IMG/VR virus record: IMGVR_UViG_3300031823_000004
Span: 1 to 64,000 of that record
DNA from: a virus
Reading direction: 5' to 3' (one strand)
Length of the DNA stretch: 64,000 bases
Shown here: piece after piece, positions 27,174 through 36,875 of the stretch
How the letters are laid out: every line of letters begins with the position of its first letter
Position numbering within the stretch: the stretch's first letter is position 1
Made by a program: the position numbers and the translations under genes
The notes under the pieces: generated by a model
The model's database searches: none
What the model was told of the DNA's origin: nothing
The model's input: only the letters and a program-made list of their open reading frames with translations

Positions 27174-27833
27174 ATGGGTCAGATGTTCCGCACACTGCCG
27201 GTCGGTCTTGGGTCCATTCCGGCCTTGTATCAACTGTCAATAAGGAGTCCCGGTCAGGTTTATAGTGAGATATCCACATACACGTTCCCGATCACGCCGT
27301 CGCAGTTGCGCATGGACTACTCGTCGCTTTCGTCGTTCACCGACACACAGGGTCCGGTCATCAGCCGCGGTGTGACGCGGGTGATGGACGTTTACGGTCT
27401 CGCGCCGCCGGTCTACACGCTTGAAGGCACGACGGGATATGACCGTCACATGAGCGATGGGTTTTTGCTGAACGGCGTGCAGTCGATGCAACTGCTTCAG
27501 CAGTTCCTGGCACAGTATGCCGTGCTGAACCAAGGACAGCGCGCAGCAGGCAACCCGCAACTCTACACGCTGGAATTTTATGACTATTACATGAACCAGT
27601 ACTGGGTTGTGGAACCGGTCGGCCCGCAGGTGTTCAGGCAGGCAAACGATCGTCCGACCCTGATCTACTATCGCTTTCGGTGGGCTGCGGTCTACCCCGC
27701 TGGTGTTCCCGTGCTTGGCGAGATAGACGCATTGATGAACCTGATCGCTACACCAGCCCAGCAAGCAGCGATCAATGCTGCTTCGACGCTGGGGGCGCTC
27801 CTCACTGCATACAGTCCTGGAGGCGTGATATGA
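27174..27833 (+). CDS. Baseplate/tube-initiator-like protein
   Basis: YTFPITPSQL...TLEGTTG...LEFYDY...RPTLIYY; position before LysM/wedge gene. Confidence 0.6.
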   Translation: MGQMFRTLPVGLGSIPALYQLSIRSPGQVYSEISTYTFPITPSQLRMDYSSLSSFTDTQGPVISRGVTRVMDVYGLAPPVYTLEGTTGYDRHMSDGFLLNGVQSMQLLQQFLAQYAVLNQGQRAAGNPQLYTLEFYDYYMNQYWVVEPVGPQVFRQANDRPTLIYYRFRWAAVYPAGVPVLGEIDALMNLIATPAQQAAINAASTLGALLTAYSPGGVI

Positions 27834-29266
27834 GCGGCGGTTACGAACAACCGTTTGCAGGCTACCCTGGCCAGGTATTCTCGACCTGCTACCAAGCCGC
27901 CACGTGGCTTGCCAATCTGCTGGCCAGCGGTTCAGCGCCTGCCGCAACCGCGGCGCAAGGCGCCCTGTCGTGTTTCCAGACTTTTATGAACGGCGCCGAT
28001 GCAGTGGCACTGTGGACAACCGCCAATGCACTTGCCCAGGAGACGATCAATCTCGCCGCCGTACAGGCGCTGCCGCTTGACCTGGATCCCGTCACGCAAA
28101 CTTATTTCACGGCGCGCGTGGCCTCGGTAGCAGCAGCGGCCAGCGGACTCCTGGCACTGCCGCCGACAGCCAACCCGTTCAACGCAATCGCGTACCTCGG
28201 CGCCGGGCAGCCTGCTATTGCCGATACCGGCTATCTCGAATGGTGCATGGGGTTCCAGGCCGAGACACCGCCGTCCGGACTTACGAGCGCGACCTTGACC
28301 ACCTACGCCAGCGGCACCGCAACAGCGTGGCTGACGATAACGAATGCAGTTCAGGTCGTGCAGGGCGCTACCCTGACCAACGCCTATGACGCCGCCGCCC
28401 GGCAGTTCCGCGTAGCGTCGACCGTGTCGAGTGGGCTGGCGGCACTGACGGCGTCCGGGTTCGCCCAGACGAACACGCTGGCACTCTGGAACGGCGTTGT
28501 CGCGATGCCGTCCCTACTGCTCGACGCCGCTTCGCTGATGTCAGCGCCAGCCTCGATCGCCAATCAGCAGGCGGCCGTCATCCGGTTCAAGCTGCGCAGC
28601 TTGGCCATCCAGGTCGCCTATTTCCTGCTGTCGCTGCGCGGCCAGGGCACCGGTAACGTGACGACCGCGGCGCTGCGGCAGAATGAGACGCTGATGGACC
28701 TGGCGGCCCGCGCCGCCGGCGGCTATGCGGCGTGGTCCAGCATCGCGTCGCTGAACGACGTGCAGCCGCCCTTCCCGGGTCCGGCGAACCAAGCCCTGGC
28801 GTCGTCCGGCACGCCGCTGTTGCTCCCTGGCAGCGTCGTGCCGCCCGCCGGTGCCACGCCGCCAACCTATGCGGCGAACGTACTCGGGGTGGACTACGAT
28901 TTCGGGCCCATCAATGGACCGCAACCCGCGTGGCTTGGCGATATCCAGCTTATCGCCGGTTACACGAACTATGCCCGGGCGCTGGGACGGCGGCTGCAAA
29001 CCCCGCTCGGCACGCTGATCTATCATCCGGGCTACGGCAGCCGGATCCCGTACGAGATCGGCGCCGTGCAGGGGGTCGATGAGGCCTCCCGACTTGCAGC
29101 GTTCGGCGCTGCGGCATTAGCCGCCGATCCTCGTACGGCTAACGTGCTGTCTGCGGTGGCGACAGCGCAACCGGGGCGATTGGCGACATTCTCGGGCGCC
29201 GTTCTGCCGATCGGTCCGGGCGCTGTTCCTGTCGGCGTAAACCAGGTGATTTCACCCCTGCCATAG
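27830..29266 (+). CDS. Baseplate protein: helical N-terminus + LysM + gp25/W-like wedge domain
   Basis: ETLMDLAAR..G....WSSIASLN (LysM); GDIQLIAG..N...L.RRLQTPLGTLIYHPGYGSRI (gp25-like). Confidence 0.75.
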   Translation: MSGGYEQPFAGYPGQVFSTCYQAATWLANLLASGSAPAATAAQGALSCFQTFMNGADAVALWTTANALAQETINLAAVQALPLDLDPVTQTYFTARVASVAAAASGLLALPPTANPFNAIAYLGAGQPAIADTGYLEWCMGFQAETPPSGLTSATLTTYASGTATAWLTITNAVQVVQGATLTNAYDAAARQFRVASTVSSGLAALTASGFAQTNTLALWNGVVAMPSLLLDAASLMSAPASIANQQAAVIRFKLRSLAIQVAYFLLSLRGQGTGNVTTAALRQNETLMDLAARAAGGYAAWSSIASLNDVQPPFPGPANQALASSGTPLLLPGSVVPPAGATPPTYAANVLGVDYDFGPINGPQPAWLGDIQLIAGYTNYARALGRRLQTPLGTLIYHPGYGSRIPYEIGAVQGVDEASRLAAFGAAALAADPRTANVLSAVATAQPGRLATFSGAVLPIGPGAVPVGVNQVISPLP

Positions 29267-29275
29267 AGACCCCGC

Positions 29276-30484
29276 ATGTCCGGTGCCCTGACCCCAACCG
29301 TCGCCGCCACGCCCACCACGGTCCAGATAACCGCCAACATGATCGCGTTGATGGCGGGCATGACCGGGACGTTGACGGATTACAACGAAGGCTCGCAAGT
29401 ACGCACGCTCAATGAATCGCTTGGGTCCGTGGTCGAGGTGCAGTCCGTCTCCGATCTGGCCCTGGCGTTCCAGGCGCTGGCCTACGGCGCTATGTCGCTG
29501 TTTGGGGTCACACCCTCGATCGCTTTACCGGCAACCGGCACCGTGGTGTTCGCCACGTCCTTCCCGGTCGCCACAGCGCTCCCCACCACGCAGGCAGTAC
29601 CGATCCCAAGCGGCACCCTGGTGCAGACGCCGGGCGGCGTGCAATTCGCCACCACGGCGACGACTACCCTGGCGTCCGGCACAGCCAGTGTGACAGCAGG
29701 CGTCATTGCGACTGTCGCAGGAAGCGCTGGGAACGTACCGGCGTCCGGAATAGCCGGAACACCCCTTACCGGCCTCGGCTACCCGCTGTTCGTCAGCAAT
29801 GGTGTCGCCACGGCGGGCGGCGCCGATCCCGGCACCCAGTCGACCGCGTTGGCCGAGTTCACCGCCCGGCAGGCCTCTCTTGGGCTGTCGTCACCGGTTG
29901 CCGTTGCGAACTCCCCGGTCGGCGTCACGGCCAGCGGCACCGGCGAGATCGTCGCTTTTGCCGCGTGCTATGAGCCGTTTCTGTATGCCGGTAGCGGCGC
30001 GGCGTCCGGCATCGCAGGGTATGTGGTGTACATCGACAACGGCAACGGCAACGCCAGCCCATCGCTGGTCGCAGCGGTCCAGGCGTGGATCAGTGGCAAC
30101 TACATCGCCAATCAGTCCGGTTTCAGGCCGGTCGGTGTGCCGTACCAGGTGCTCGCCGCCGCACCGGTCTACGCTTCGGTTATCGTCTCCGGCACATTGA
30201 TCCCAGGCCTGCTGACGGCAAGCAACCTTACAGCAGCCGTCACCAGCGGCGTCACGAACTACTTCAACACCCTTGGGATATCGGCGCCGATGCCCGGCAC
30301 GTCCGGCATCAACAGCGCTGGCCAGCCACAGATAGCGGGCCGTGTGGCCGATGCTGGGCTCGGCGCATTCAGCAGCCTGTCGGTCAGCCTGTACTATTCG
30401 GGTTCCAGCACACCTGTGCCGGTCGTCAGTGGCGGGATTGGCACGCGTGTCATCCTGTCTTCGCTGTCCGTGACGGTGGGGTAA
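29276..30484 (+). CDS. Baseplate J-like wedge protein
   Basis: TDYNEGSQVRTLNES, ATGTVVF, IPSGTLV, AGSAGNV, GGAD, VYIDNGNG, RPVGV. Confidence 0.9.
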   Translation: MSGALTPTVAATPTTVQITANMIALMAGMTGTLTDYNEGSQVRTLNESLGSVVEVQSVSDLALAFQALAYGAMSLFGVTPSIALPATGTVVFATSFPVATALPTTQAVPIPSGTLVQTPGGVQFATTATTTLASGTASVTAGVIATVAGSAGNVPASGIAGTPLTGLGYPLFVSNGVATAGGADPGTQSTALAEFTARQASLGLSSPVAVANSPVGVTASGTGEIVAFAACYEPFLYAGSGAASGIAGYVVYIDNGNGNASPSLVAAVQAWISGNYIANQSGFRPVGVPYQVLAAAPVYASVIVSGTLIPGLLTASNLTAAVTSGVTNYFNTLGISAPMPGTSGINSAGQPQIAGRVADAGLGAFSSLSVSLYYSGSSTPVPVVSGGIGTRVILSSLSVTVG

Positions 30485-30486
30485 GC

Positions 30487-31110
30487 ATGAATTTCCAGGC
30501 CGTCATCGCGCAACTGACCGACCTTCCGGCGACGTTCCAGCCGCCGGGCAATCCTTACGCGCAGTTCATAAACGCGCTGGCGTCCGCGGAATCGCTGTTC
30601 ACCTCTGGTGCTGATGCCACGATGGCGCAGGCAGTGTCTTTCAGCGGTGCGATAGACGGATGGATCGACGTCTGGGGACTGCTTTTCGAGGTACCGCGCA
30701 ATCAGGGTGAAGGGAACATTCCCTACGCGACCCGCATCGCTGAAACAGTGCTGGCATGGGTCGGTACCCTGCCAGCAATCCAGATGTGGATCGCACTGTT
30801 TGCACCCGGCGGTTCCGTAGTCGAGAACGCTTCCGGGCTCGGCTACGCCATAACTCTACCTGCCACCATGACACTGCCGCAGGTCATCACGTTTCTCGTG
30901 TCGCTTGGCCGGATTCGCCCGGCCGGTGTGCCGTTTTCGGTGCAGCAAACCGGCACTGGACTGTACCTTGGTGCAGAAGCATTCCTTGGCGCTGGTGCGA
31001 CGATCGGCTCTTATCTCGTCAATACCGGCACCGCGCCAACATCGCTGCTGAACGCCACGACATGCAACGCGCAACCCCTAATTCCGGATCTGTTCCTTGT
31101 CGCAGATTAA
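30487..31110 (+). CDS. Baseplate wedge protein (gpI/DUF2313-like)
   Basis: WIDVWG.LF.VPR..GE....YA.RI; RPAGV; follows baseplate J. Confidence 0.75.
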   Translation: MNFQAVIAQLTDLPATFQPPGNPYAQFINALASAESLFTSGADATMAQAVSFSGAIDGWIDVWGLLFEVPRNQGEGNIPYATRIAETVLAWVGTLPAIQMWIALFAPGGSVVENASGLGYAITLPATMTLPQVITFLVSLGRIRPAGVPFSVQQTGTGLYLGAEAFLGAGATIGSYLVNTGTAPTSLLNATTCNAQPLIPDLFLVAD

Positions 31111-34100
31111 CCTCGGACAGCAAGGCTATCTTCTGGCATCCGGTCCTCACGGGACCTGGCCACCCATAACGTCGCCTGGATCGCGGCGCCATCCACCACC
31201 GTATGTGCCGCCACCGCCACCACCGATAACCATTCAGTCGGTCACGCTGTCGAACGCGTCTTTTGTCAGCGGCACAAGCAACGCCACAGTCGGCACCATA
31301 AACGTGGCGATGAATATCGGTTCGTTTACCGGATCACTGTCGCTGTCCGGCACGAACGCGTCAAGTTTCCAGATTGTCGGAAACACACTGGAGACTGTCG
31401 GCAGCCTGTCTGCCGGAACGTACTCGATCGTCATCACCGCCACGCAAGGCAGCGCGGTAAACTCGCCTGTCTCTACATCGCCACTGACCATTACAGGCAG
31501 CGCGGCTGCGCCAGCTTTCTCGTCCATCACGCTGTCAAACAACACGTTCATCGACACCACGGCGAACGCGACCGTCGGCACCATAGCGGTGACGATGACC
31601 AATGGCGCATTCAGCGGAACTCTGGCGGTCGGCGGCACGAATGCAGCCGATTTCCAGATAGTCGGCACAACTCTGGAAACCATCGGCACCCTTGCCGGCG
31701 GAACGTACTCGATCGTCATTACCGGCACGCAGGCCGGTGCGTCGAACTCGCCGTTTTCCACGTCACCGCTGACGATCACCGGTGCTGCGGCGCCGCCACC
31801 ACCGCTGTCGTTCCAGTCCATCACGCTGTCAAACAACACGTTCGTCGACACCGTGAACAACGCGACGGTCGGCACGATCTCTGTGGTGATGAATGGTGGC
31901 ACGTTCAGCGGCACGCTGTCGCTGTCGGGCACGAACGCGTCCAGCTTCCGCATCGTCGGAACCACCCTGCAAACCTTCGGCGTTCTCCCCGCCGGAACGT
32001 ACTCGGTCATCATCACCGGCACGCAATCCGGCGCGTCCAATTCGCCGTTCTCCACCCTGGCCCAGACGATCACCGGCAGCGCGGCCGCGGCCGCGGCTAC
32101 GACGTGGAACCCGTCTGACCAGTCCGGCATGACGCTGTCCAACGGCAACCTGACGGCGACAACGAACAGCGCGGCGCAGGCTGGCGTTCGCTCGACGTCC
32201 GCCATGCCAGGCGTGCCAAGCTATTTCGAAATCACCCTGACAACCTCTGGCTCCAGTGAAGTCGTCGGTATCGCGGACTCCTCGTGGGTGGAGACAGCCG
32301 CTGCCGGGCTGGGCGGCGACAACAATGGCATAGGCCTGCTGGAAACCGGTGCGGTCCATCTGAACAACGTCGCGGTCGGGTCCGCCATGCCAGCCTGGAC
32401 CGCAGCAACGGTGCTGGGCGTCGCTGTCAACCCCACCACGAAAAAGATATTCTTCACCTATAACGGAACCACATGGGATGCCACCGGATCCGGCGACAAC
32501 CCAGCGACGAATACCGGCGGCTATTCGTGGGCCACTGCGGTGTCCGGATCCTATTTCATCGCCTTCGGTGCGCTGGGCTCCTCCGTGACCAGCGGTGTGT
32601 CGGGCAGTCAGAACAGCGGTGCGTCACAGCCCGTCGTAAGCGGCCCGGCGACCGCGACAGTCGGTGTCAGCACCACGCTGGCGATTACCGGGCTGACCCT
32701 TTCCGACACCAATCAGCCGCTGGGCGGCACCTGTGCATTGAATGTGGACTGCACGTCCGGCATCTGCACGCTGAACACAGTGGTCACGGGCGGATCGGCT
32801 ACCGGCAACGGTACCAACTCAATATCGGTATCGGATACCTTCCCCAACTGCCAAACCGACATCGCGTCGCTGACCTATACCGCGTCATCGTCTACCGGCA
32901 CTGATTCTATTTTCGTGCAGTTGTGGGACCAGCTAGGCCTGAACAATTCGATCAATATCGCGGTCACCATAGAAGCAGGCAGCGTCGGCATCAAAGTGCT
33001 GAATGCTGGCGAACAGACGTTTGCCTACACGGTTCCATCCGGCTATACGGCGTGGGATAGCTTCGCCCCAGCACCGCCGACCAATCTGACCGGCGCAGCA
33101 GGCAGCACGTCAGTTGCACTTACCTGGACAGCATCTGCTGTCGGCACTGCACCGCTCACATACACGGTGCAGAACAGGATTACCGGCAGTTCCACTTGGG
33201 CCAACGTCGTAACTGGGCTGACCACAGAATCGTATAACGTCACCGGTCTGACGACCCGCACCTCGTACGATTTCCAGGTGATCGCCGTCAACGCGCTTGG
33301 CAACGCTGTCACGCCTTTTATCACCGTTGCCACGACAGCCGCAGGCAATGTCGTCGGCGACGCAACCGGCACACAGGCTGGCCGCATTGCCGATTTCCTG
33401 GAAACCATCGGCGTCAACGGGTTCTTTAACAATCAGGACGGCGCCATCGGTTACAACGATTATCCCAACACGCCGACCAACGCCCAGATAGCTGCGGGCT
33501 ATGTGACCGGGTTGCAGTACCTCACGGCCAATACCGGCATGGGATTGACCTGCCGCATCTACACAGACGGCACCAGTACGACGACCGAGAACGACCAGGT
33601 CAACATCTGCACCATCATCCAGGCGTCCATGCCGAATGTCAGGTGGACGTCGTGCTGGAGTTGGACCAACGCCGCCACACAGGCTGTCGTCAGCGGGCTC
33701 ATATCCGCAGGCATCCTGGCTTTTGCTGAAGGCGTGAACGAGCCCAATCCCGGCGGCAACACGAACGAGCCGGTTGCCGACTGCCTCACGCAGCAAGCGT
33801 TTGTCTGGAGCACCTGGAACGCAACCCAGCCGGTCGCCGCTCCATCGTGCGTCGATAACGGATCGAACACCTATGCGGCCGACTACTATGGCAGCAACCT
33901 GTCGACAGTGGCGGGTGAATGCACACTATGGAACGGCCACAACTATCCGAACGGCGGCGCACCGTCCAACGACATCTACCGCCGCACCCTGATGATCGGC
34001 TCGAATATCGGCTTCCCTGCCAACGGCGTGGTCACCGAGTTTCATCCGCTGCTGTACAACACCTCGGCGGCACAGTCTGCGGGTGAGACCATCAGCGGCT

Positions 34101-34678
34101 ACTATCTCGCTTGCGCGTGGCTGGCAGGCTATATGTACTACAACGTCAAGGCGCTGATCTGGTTCGACATGTTCGATTACCAGTACAACGCGACGTCACC
34201 GCCTTTTGCCTATCCGGTCGGATTTTTCAATCAGTACAATTCGAGTTCGCCGCGCAACGCGGCGATCGTGGTTCATAATTTCTTCCTGTTCTGCACTGAC
34301 GCGGCCACGACACGCCATACCTTCACGCCGGGCAAACTGAACTACACCCTCAGTGGCCTGCCAGCGAAGTGGACGGGTAGCTTTGGCGGCGTGACCAGTA
34401 CCCAGGCCTCCGGTGGCGGCCAGTCGGCGCTGTTCCAGGGCTCCAACGGAATACTGTATCTGTTCATCTGGAACGAACAAAACGCGCTCGCTCTCGGCAC
34501 CACGACAACCGTCACCGTGACGTTTAATGACGAGGCAATGACCAAGGTGGTAGACTACAGCCTGACCAATCCGGCCGGGACGGCAAACCCGGCGCCTATC
34601 CAGACCCTGACCAACGTGACTACAGTGACGATGCATCTTACCACCGAGGTTCGCGTGCTGGTCATCACCTACCCGTAG
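31097..34678 (+). CDS. Multidomain virion/receptor-binding protein: 3 cadherin-like repeats, SPRY/ConA with Ig insert, FN3, clan GH-A glycoside hydrolase
   Basis: Three ~97-aa SITLSN...TVGTI...FQIVG repeats; TWNPSD..TLSNGNLT; APAPPTNL...LTW...YDFQVIAVN; EGVNEPN and VVTEF catalytic Glu motifs. Confidence 0.8.
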   Translation: MSQINLGQQGYLLASGPHGTWPPITSPGSRRHPPPYVPPPPPPITIQSVTLSNASFVSGTSNATVGTINVAMNIGSFTGSLSLSGTNASSFQIVGNTLETVGSLSAGTYSIVITATQGSAVNSPVSTSPLTITGSAAAPAFSSITLSNNTFIDTTANATVGTIAVTMTNGAFSGTLAVGGTNAADFQIVGTTLETIGTLAGGTYSIVITGTQAGASNSPFSTSPLTITGAAAPPPPLSFQSITLSNNTFVDTVNNATVGTISVVMNGGTFSGTLSLSGTNASSFRIVGTTLQTFGVLPAGTYSVIITGTQSGASNSPFSTLAQTITGSAAAAAATTWNPSDQSGMTLSNGNLTATTNSAAQAGVRSTSAMPGVPSYFEITLTTSGSSEVVGIADSSWVETAAAGLGGDNNGIGLLETGAVHLNNVAVGSAMPAWTAATVLGVAVNPTTKKIFFTYNGTTWDATGSGDNPATNTGGYSWATAVSGSYFIAFGALGSSVTSGVSGSQNSGASQPVVSGPATATVGVSTTLAITGLTLSDTNQPLGGTCALNVDCTSGICTLNTVVTGGSATGNGTNSISVSDTFPNCQTDIASLTYTASSSTGTDSIFVQLWDQLGLNNSINIAVTIEAGSVGIKVLNAGEQTFAYTVPSGYTAWDSFAPAPPTNLTGAAGSTSVALTWTASAVGTAPLTYTVQNRITGSSTWANVVTGLTTESYNVTGLTTRTSYDFQVIAVNALGNAVTPFITVATTAAGNVVGDATGTQAGRIADFLETIGVNGFFNNQDGAIGYNDYPNTPTNAQIAAGYVTGLQYLTANTGMGLTCRIYTDGTSTTTENDQVNICTIIQASMPNVRWTSCWSWTNAATQAVVSGLISAGILAFAEGVNEPNPGGNTNEPVADCLTQQAFVWSTWNATQPVAAPSCVDNGSNTYAADYYGSNLSTVAGECTLWNGHNYPNGGAPSNDIYRRTLMIGSNIGFPANGVVTEFHPLLYNTSAAQSAGETISGYYLACAWLAGYMYYNVKALIWFDMFDYQYNATSPPFAYPVGFFNQYNSSSPRNAAIVVHNFFLFCTDAATTRHTFTPGKLNYTLSGLPAKWTGSFGGVTSTQASGGGQSALFQGSNGILYLFIWNEQNALALGTTTTVTVTFNDEAMTKVVDYSLTNPAGTANPAPIQTLTNVTTVTMHLTTEVRVLVITYP
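31233..32080 (+). repeat. Three ~285-300-bp tandem domain repeats
   Basis: Recurring tccatcacgctgtcaaacaacacgttc and gccggaacgtactcg blocks. Confidence 0.75.
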
Positions 34679-34688
34679 GAGACGTACC

Positions 34689-36311
34689 ATCAAGATCCCC
34701 CTGTTTTCCGATCCGCAGTTCCTGGACGCGAGCGCAGTCGGTGGCCTGAACCCCGCTTTCGGTATCGTGTCGGGAGACTTCGCGTCGGTCGGTATAGCAG
34801 CGTGGGCCGATCCGGGTTTGCTTTCGCCCGAGTCCATGACGGTTTCGTTCTCCGGCATGGTCGCCACGATCGGACTTCCCTCCCCGTGGGGCATCATGTC
34901 GTCCGGCAGCGTTGTCGTGCGCGCCCACGGCACACAGACCAGCCAGGACACCCAGACCTATACCGTCAATTTCGCGCCGCTGGTGCCCGCCAGCGGCAGC
35001 GTCACCGCGTATCTTGCCGCGACGATCACCACGATCCAGCAGACACCGATGCCGGTGCCCGGGCCACCGCCAGGGCATCCGGCCTATAACCCGAACACGG
35101 TGCCGACGGTCGTCTATGCCCAGCAGCTTTACACGACAGCACTTACCGCGGTGACTGGCGGGATCGACAACGTCAATACCTTCGAACTTTTCCGCACGAC
35201 CCTGACGGCAAGCCAGTCCACCTTGTCCGCCTATAATACCGGATACCAGCAGCGCGCTGCGAATCGCCAAGCGCTTCCCTCTCTGTTCCTGGCAAGCGGC
35301 GGCACTCTGACGCCTGCACAGGCGCAGCTTGTTCTGTATCCTACTGCCGCCGGACTGACGCACACACTGCCCCCGGCAAGCGGCGCCAACGGACTGCCGT
35401 TCACCTTTGTCAACCTGACAAACGGCAACGAGACCGTCGCCACAACCAGCACCGATGTTATCTGGGGAATGAGCGGCGGCGCGCCGACAAGCTCTGTCGT
35501 AATTGCGCCTAGTGGATCCGTGACGTTCTGGGCTTTGGGTGCAAGCAACCCGGGATCTTACGCAGCCCTCGCATTCTCCCCGTCCACGCTGCTTACCGCA
35601 AGCAACACGTGGACGGGCGGCACCAACACGTTCAACGGATCGGTAGTTGTCGGCACAAACCTGACGGTTGACGGTAGCGAAACAATAGACGGCAATCTCA
35701 CAGTCGATGGCAGTGTCTTTGTTGCCGGCGCTGGTGGCCTTACGGTGAGCAACAACGCTGCCGTAGACGGTGTCCTGTACTTAGGTTCATCCGGAGCGTT
35801 CTACATCAACCCCAACAGCGGCGGCACTCAGCTAATAGAGTTTGGGTCAGGTAACTATATTCAATATACCGGTGGAACGGGTATCGCTATTGTCTCAGGC
35901 GGCAGTCTGATTCTGTACGACTCTGGTGGTGGTTCCAATTTCACTATGTCCGGGAACCTGTTCACTGCCAACAATGCCGGTTTGCGTGCGGCGTTCGGCG
36001 CGTTTGGATCTGGTGACAGTGCCCGTTGTGTAGTGCTTAACGACTTTGTACTTAGCGGCAATTCCGGCGGCTGGTACGAAAGGCTGCCGAACGGATTGAT
36101 CATTCAGGGGGCCCAGGCGCTGACCCCCGGCACCAACGATTACTCTGTGACCTATCCGATCGCCTTTCCAACTGCGCTCTTGGTTGTCGTTGGCTGTGCG
36201 GTGAATAGCACAGCAGCGTACGGAGCGGTTGCGGCATTCGGAAGCCTGACAGGTTTTGGTGCCCACATGAATACGCCGTGCAACATGGAATACATAGCGA
36301 TAGGGTATTAA
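34689..36311 (+). CDS. Tail fibre with C-terminal gp53-like domain; probable ATC start
   Basis: WYERLPNGLIIQG...VTYPIAFPT...YIAIGY C-terminus; AGGAG 7 nt before an in-frame ATC. Confidence 0.8.
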   Translation: MKIPLFSDPQFLDASAVGGLNPAFGIVSGDFASVGIAAWADPGLLSPESMTVSFSGMVATIGLPSPWGIMSSGSVVVRAHGTQTSQDTQTYTVNFAPLVPASGSVTAYLAATITTIQQTPMPVPGPPPGHPAYNPNTVPTVVYAQQLYTTALTAVTGGIDNVNTFELFRTTLTASQSTLSAYNTGYQQRAANRQALPSLFLASGGTLTPAQAQLVLYPTAAGLTHTLPPASGANGLPFTFVNLTNGNETVATTSTDVIWGMSGGAPTSSVVIAPSGSVTFWALGASNPGSYAALAFSPSTLLTASNTWTGGTNTFNGSVVVGTNLTVDGSETIDGNLTVDGSVFVAGAGGLTVSNNAAVDGVLYLGSSGAFYINPNSGGTQLIEFGSGNYIQYTGGTGIAIVSGGSLILYDSGGGSNFTMSGNLFTANNAGLRAAFGAFGSGDSARCVVLNDFVLSGNSGGWYERLPNGLIIQGAQALTPGTNDYSVTYPIAFPTALLVVVGCAVNSTAAYGAVAAFGSLTGFGAHMNTPCNMEYIAIGY

Positions 36312-36313
36312 CG

Positions 36314-36874
36314 ATGTCTTTGTACGCACAGTTCGATCCTACCGTTCCGTCGCCATCACCCGTCATAACCTGGTACGACACCGATTTCGCCAACTACCCG
36401 AACCTGCCGCCAGAGTCCAATCTGCTGGAGGTTAGCGCCGTCCAGTGGACCGCACACTTGGCCAATCCCGGCGGCTGGGCAGTTTCCAACGGCGAACTGG
36501 TACCATACACAGTGCCACTGACAGCGGCACAGGTGGCGCAGACAGCGTATAGCGTAGCGGTCGCTGTAGGTGTGGCGATCGTCAGTACCGGTACGCCGTC
36601 GCTCAATGGCGCCTACGCTCTCGACCAAGCCAGTCTTGGCCGGATAGCTGCGGAGCAAACCTACATCGCCACAACAGGTAAATTCACCAACGGACAGACG
36701 ACACGGGCATGGCCTGATTTGTCCGGTGCGCCACACGTGTTCCCCAGCACTGCGGAGTTCGTCGCCTTTGCCGAAGCGGTCGCGCAGTACGATGACGCGC
36801 TGCTGACCGCGCTTGCCGCAGGCAACGCCGGAGGGGCGTGGGTTGCACCGGCGCTGCCAGGTCCGATCCCGTAG
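36314..36874 (+). CDS. Tail fibre assembly-type protein (DUF4376-like)
   Basis: YAQFD....SPVITWYDT; STGTPSLNGAYALD; follows the fibre gene. Confidence 0.7.
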   Translation: MSLYAQFDPTVPSPSPVITWYDTDFANYPNLPPESNLLEVSAVQWTAHLANPGGWAVSNGELVPYTVPLTAAQVAQTAYSVAVAVGVAIVSTGTPSLNGAYALDQASLGRIAAEQTYIATTGKFTNGQTTRAWPDLSGAPHVFPSTAEFVAFAEAVAQYDDALLTALAAGNAGGAWVAPALPGPIP

Positions 36875-36875
36875 G

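Noticed and set aside
31085-31115. Frameshift fusion of the wedge gene (30487) to the 1193-aa protein
   Set aside because: No recognisable slippery sequence; a 14-nt overlap with TTG start is adequate, though the start remains uncertain
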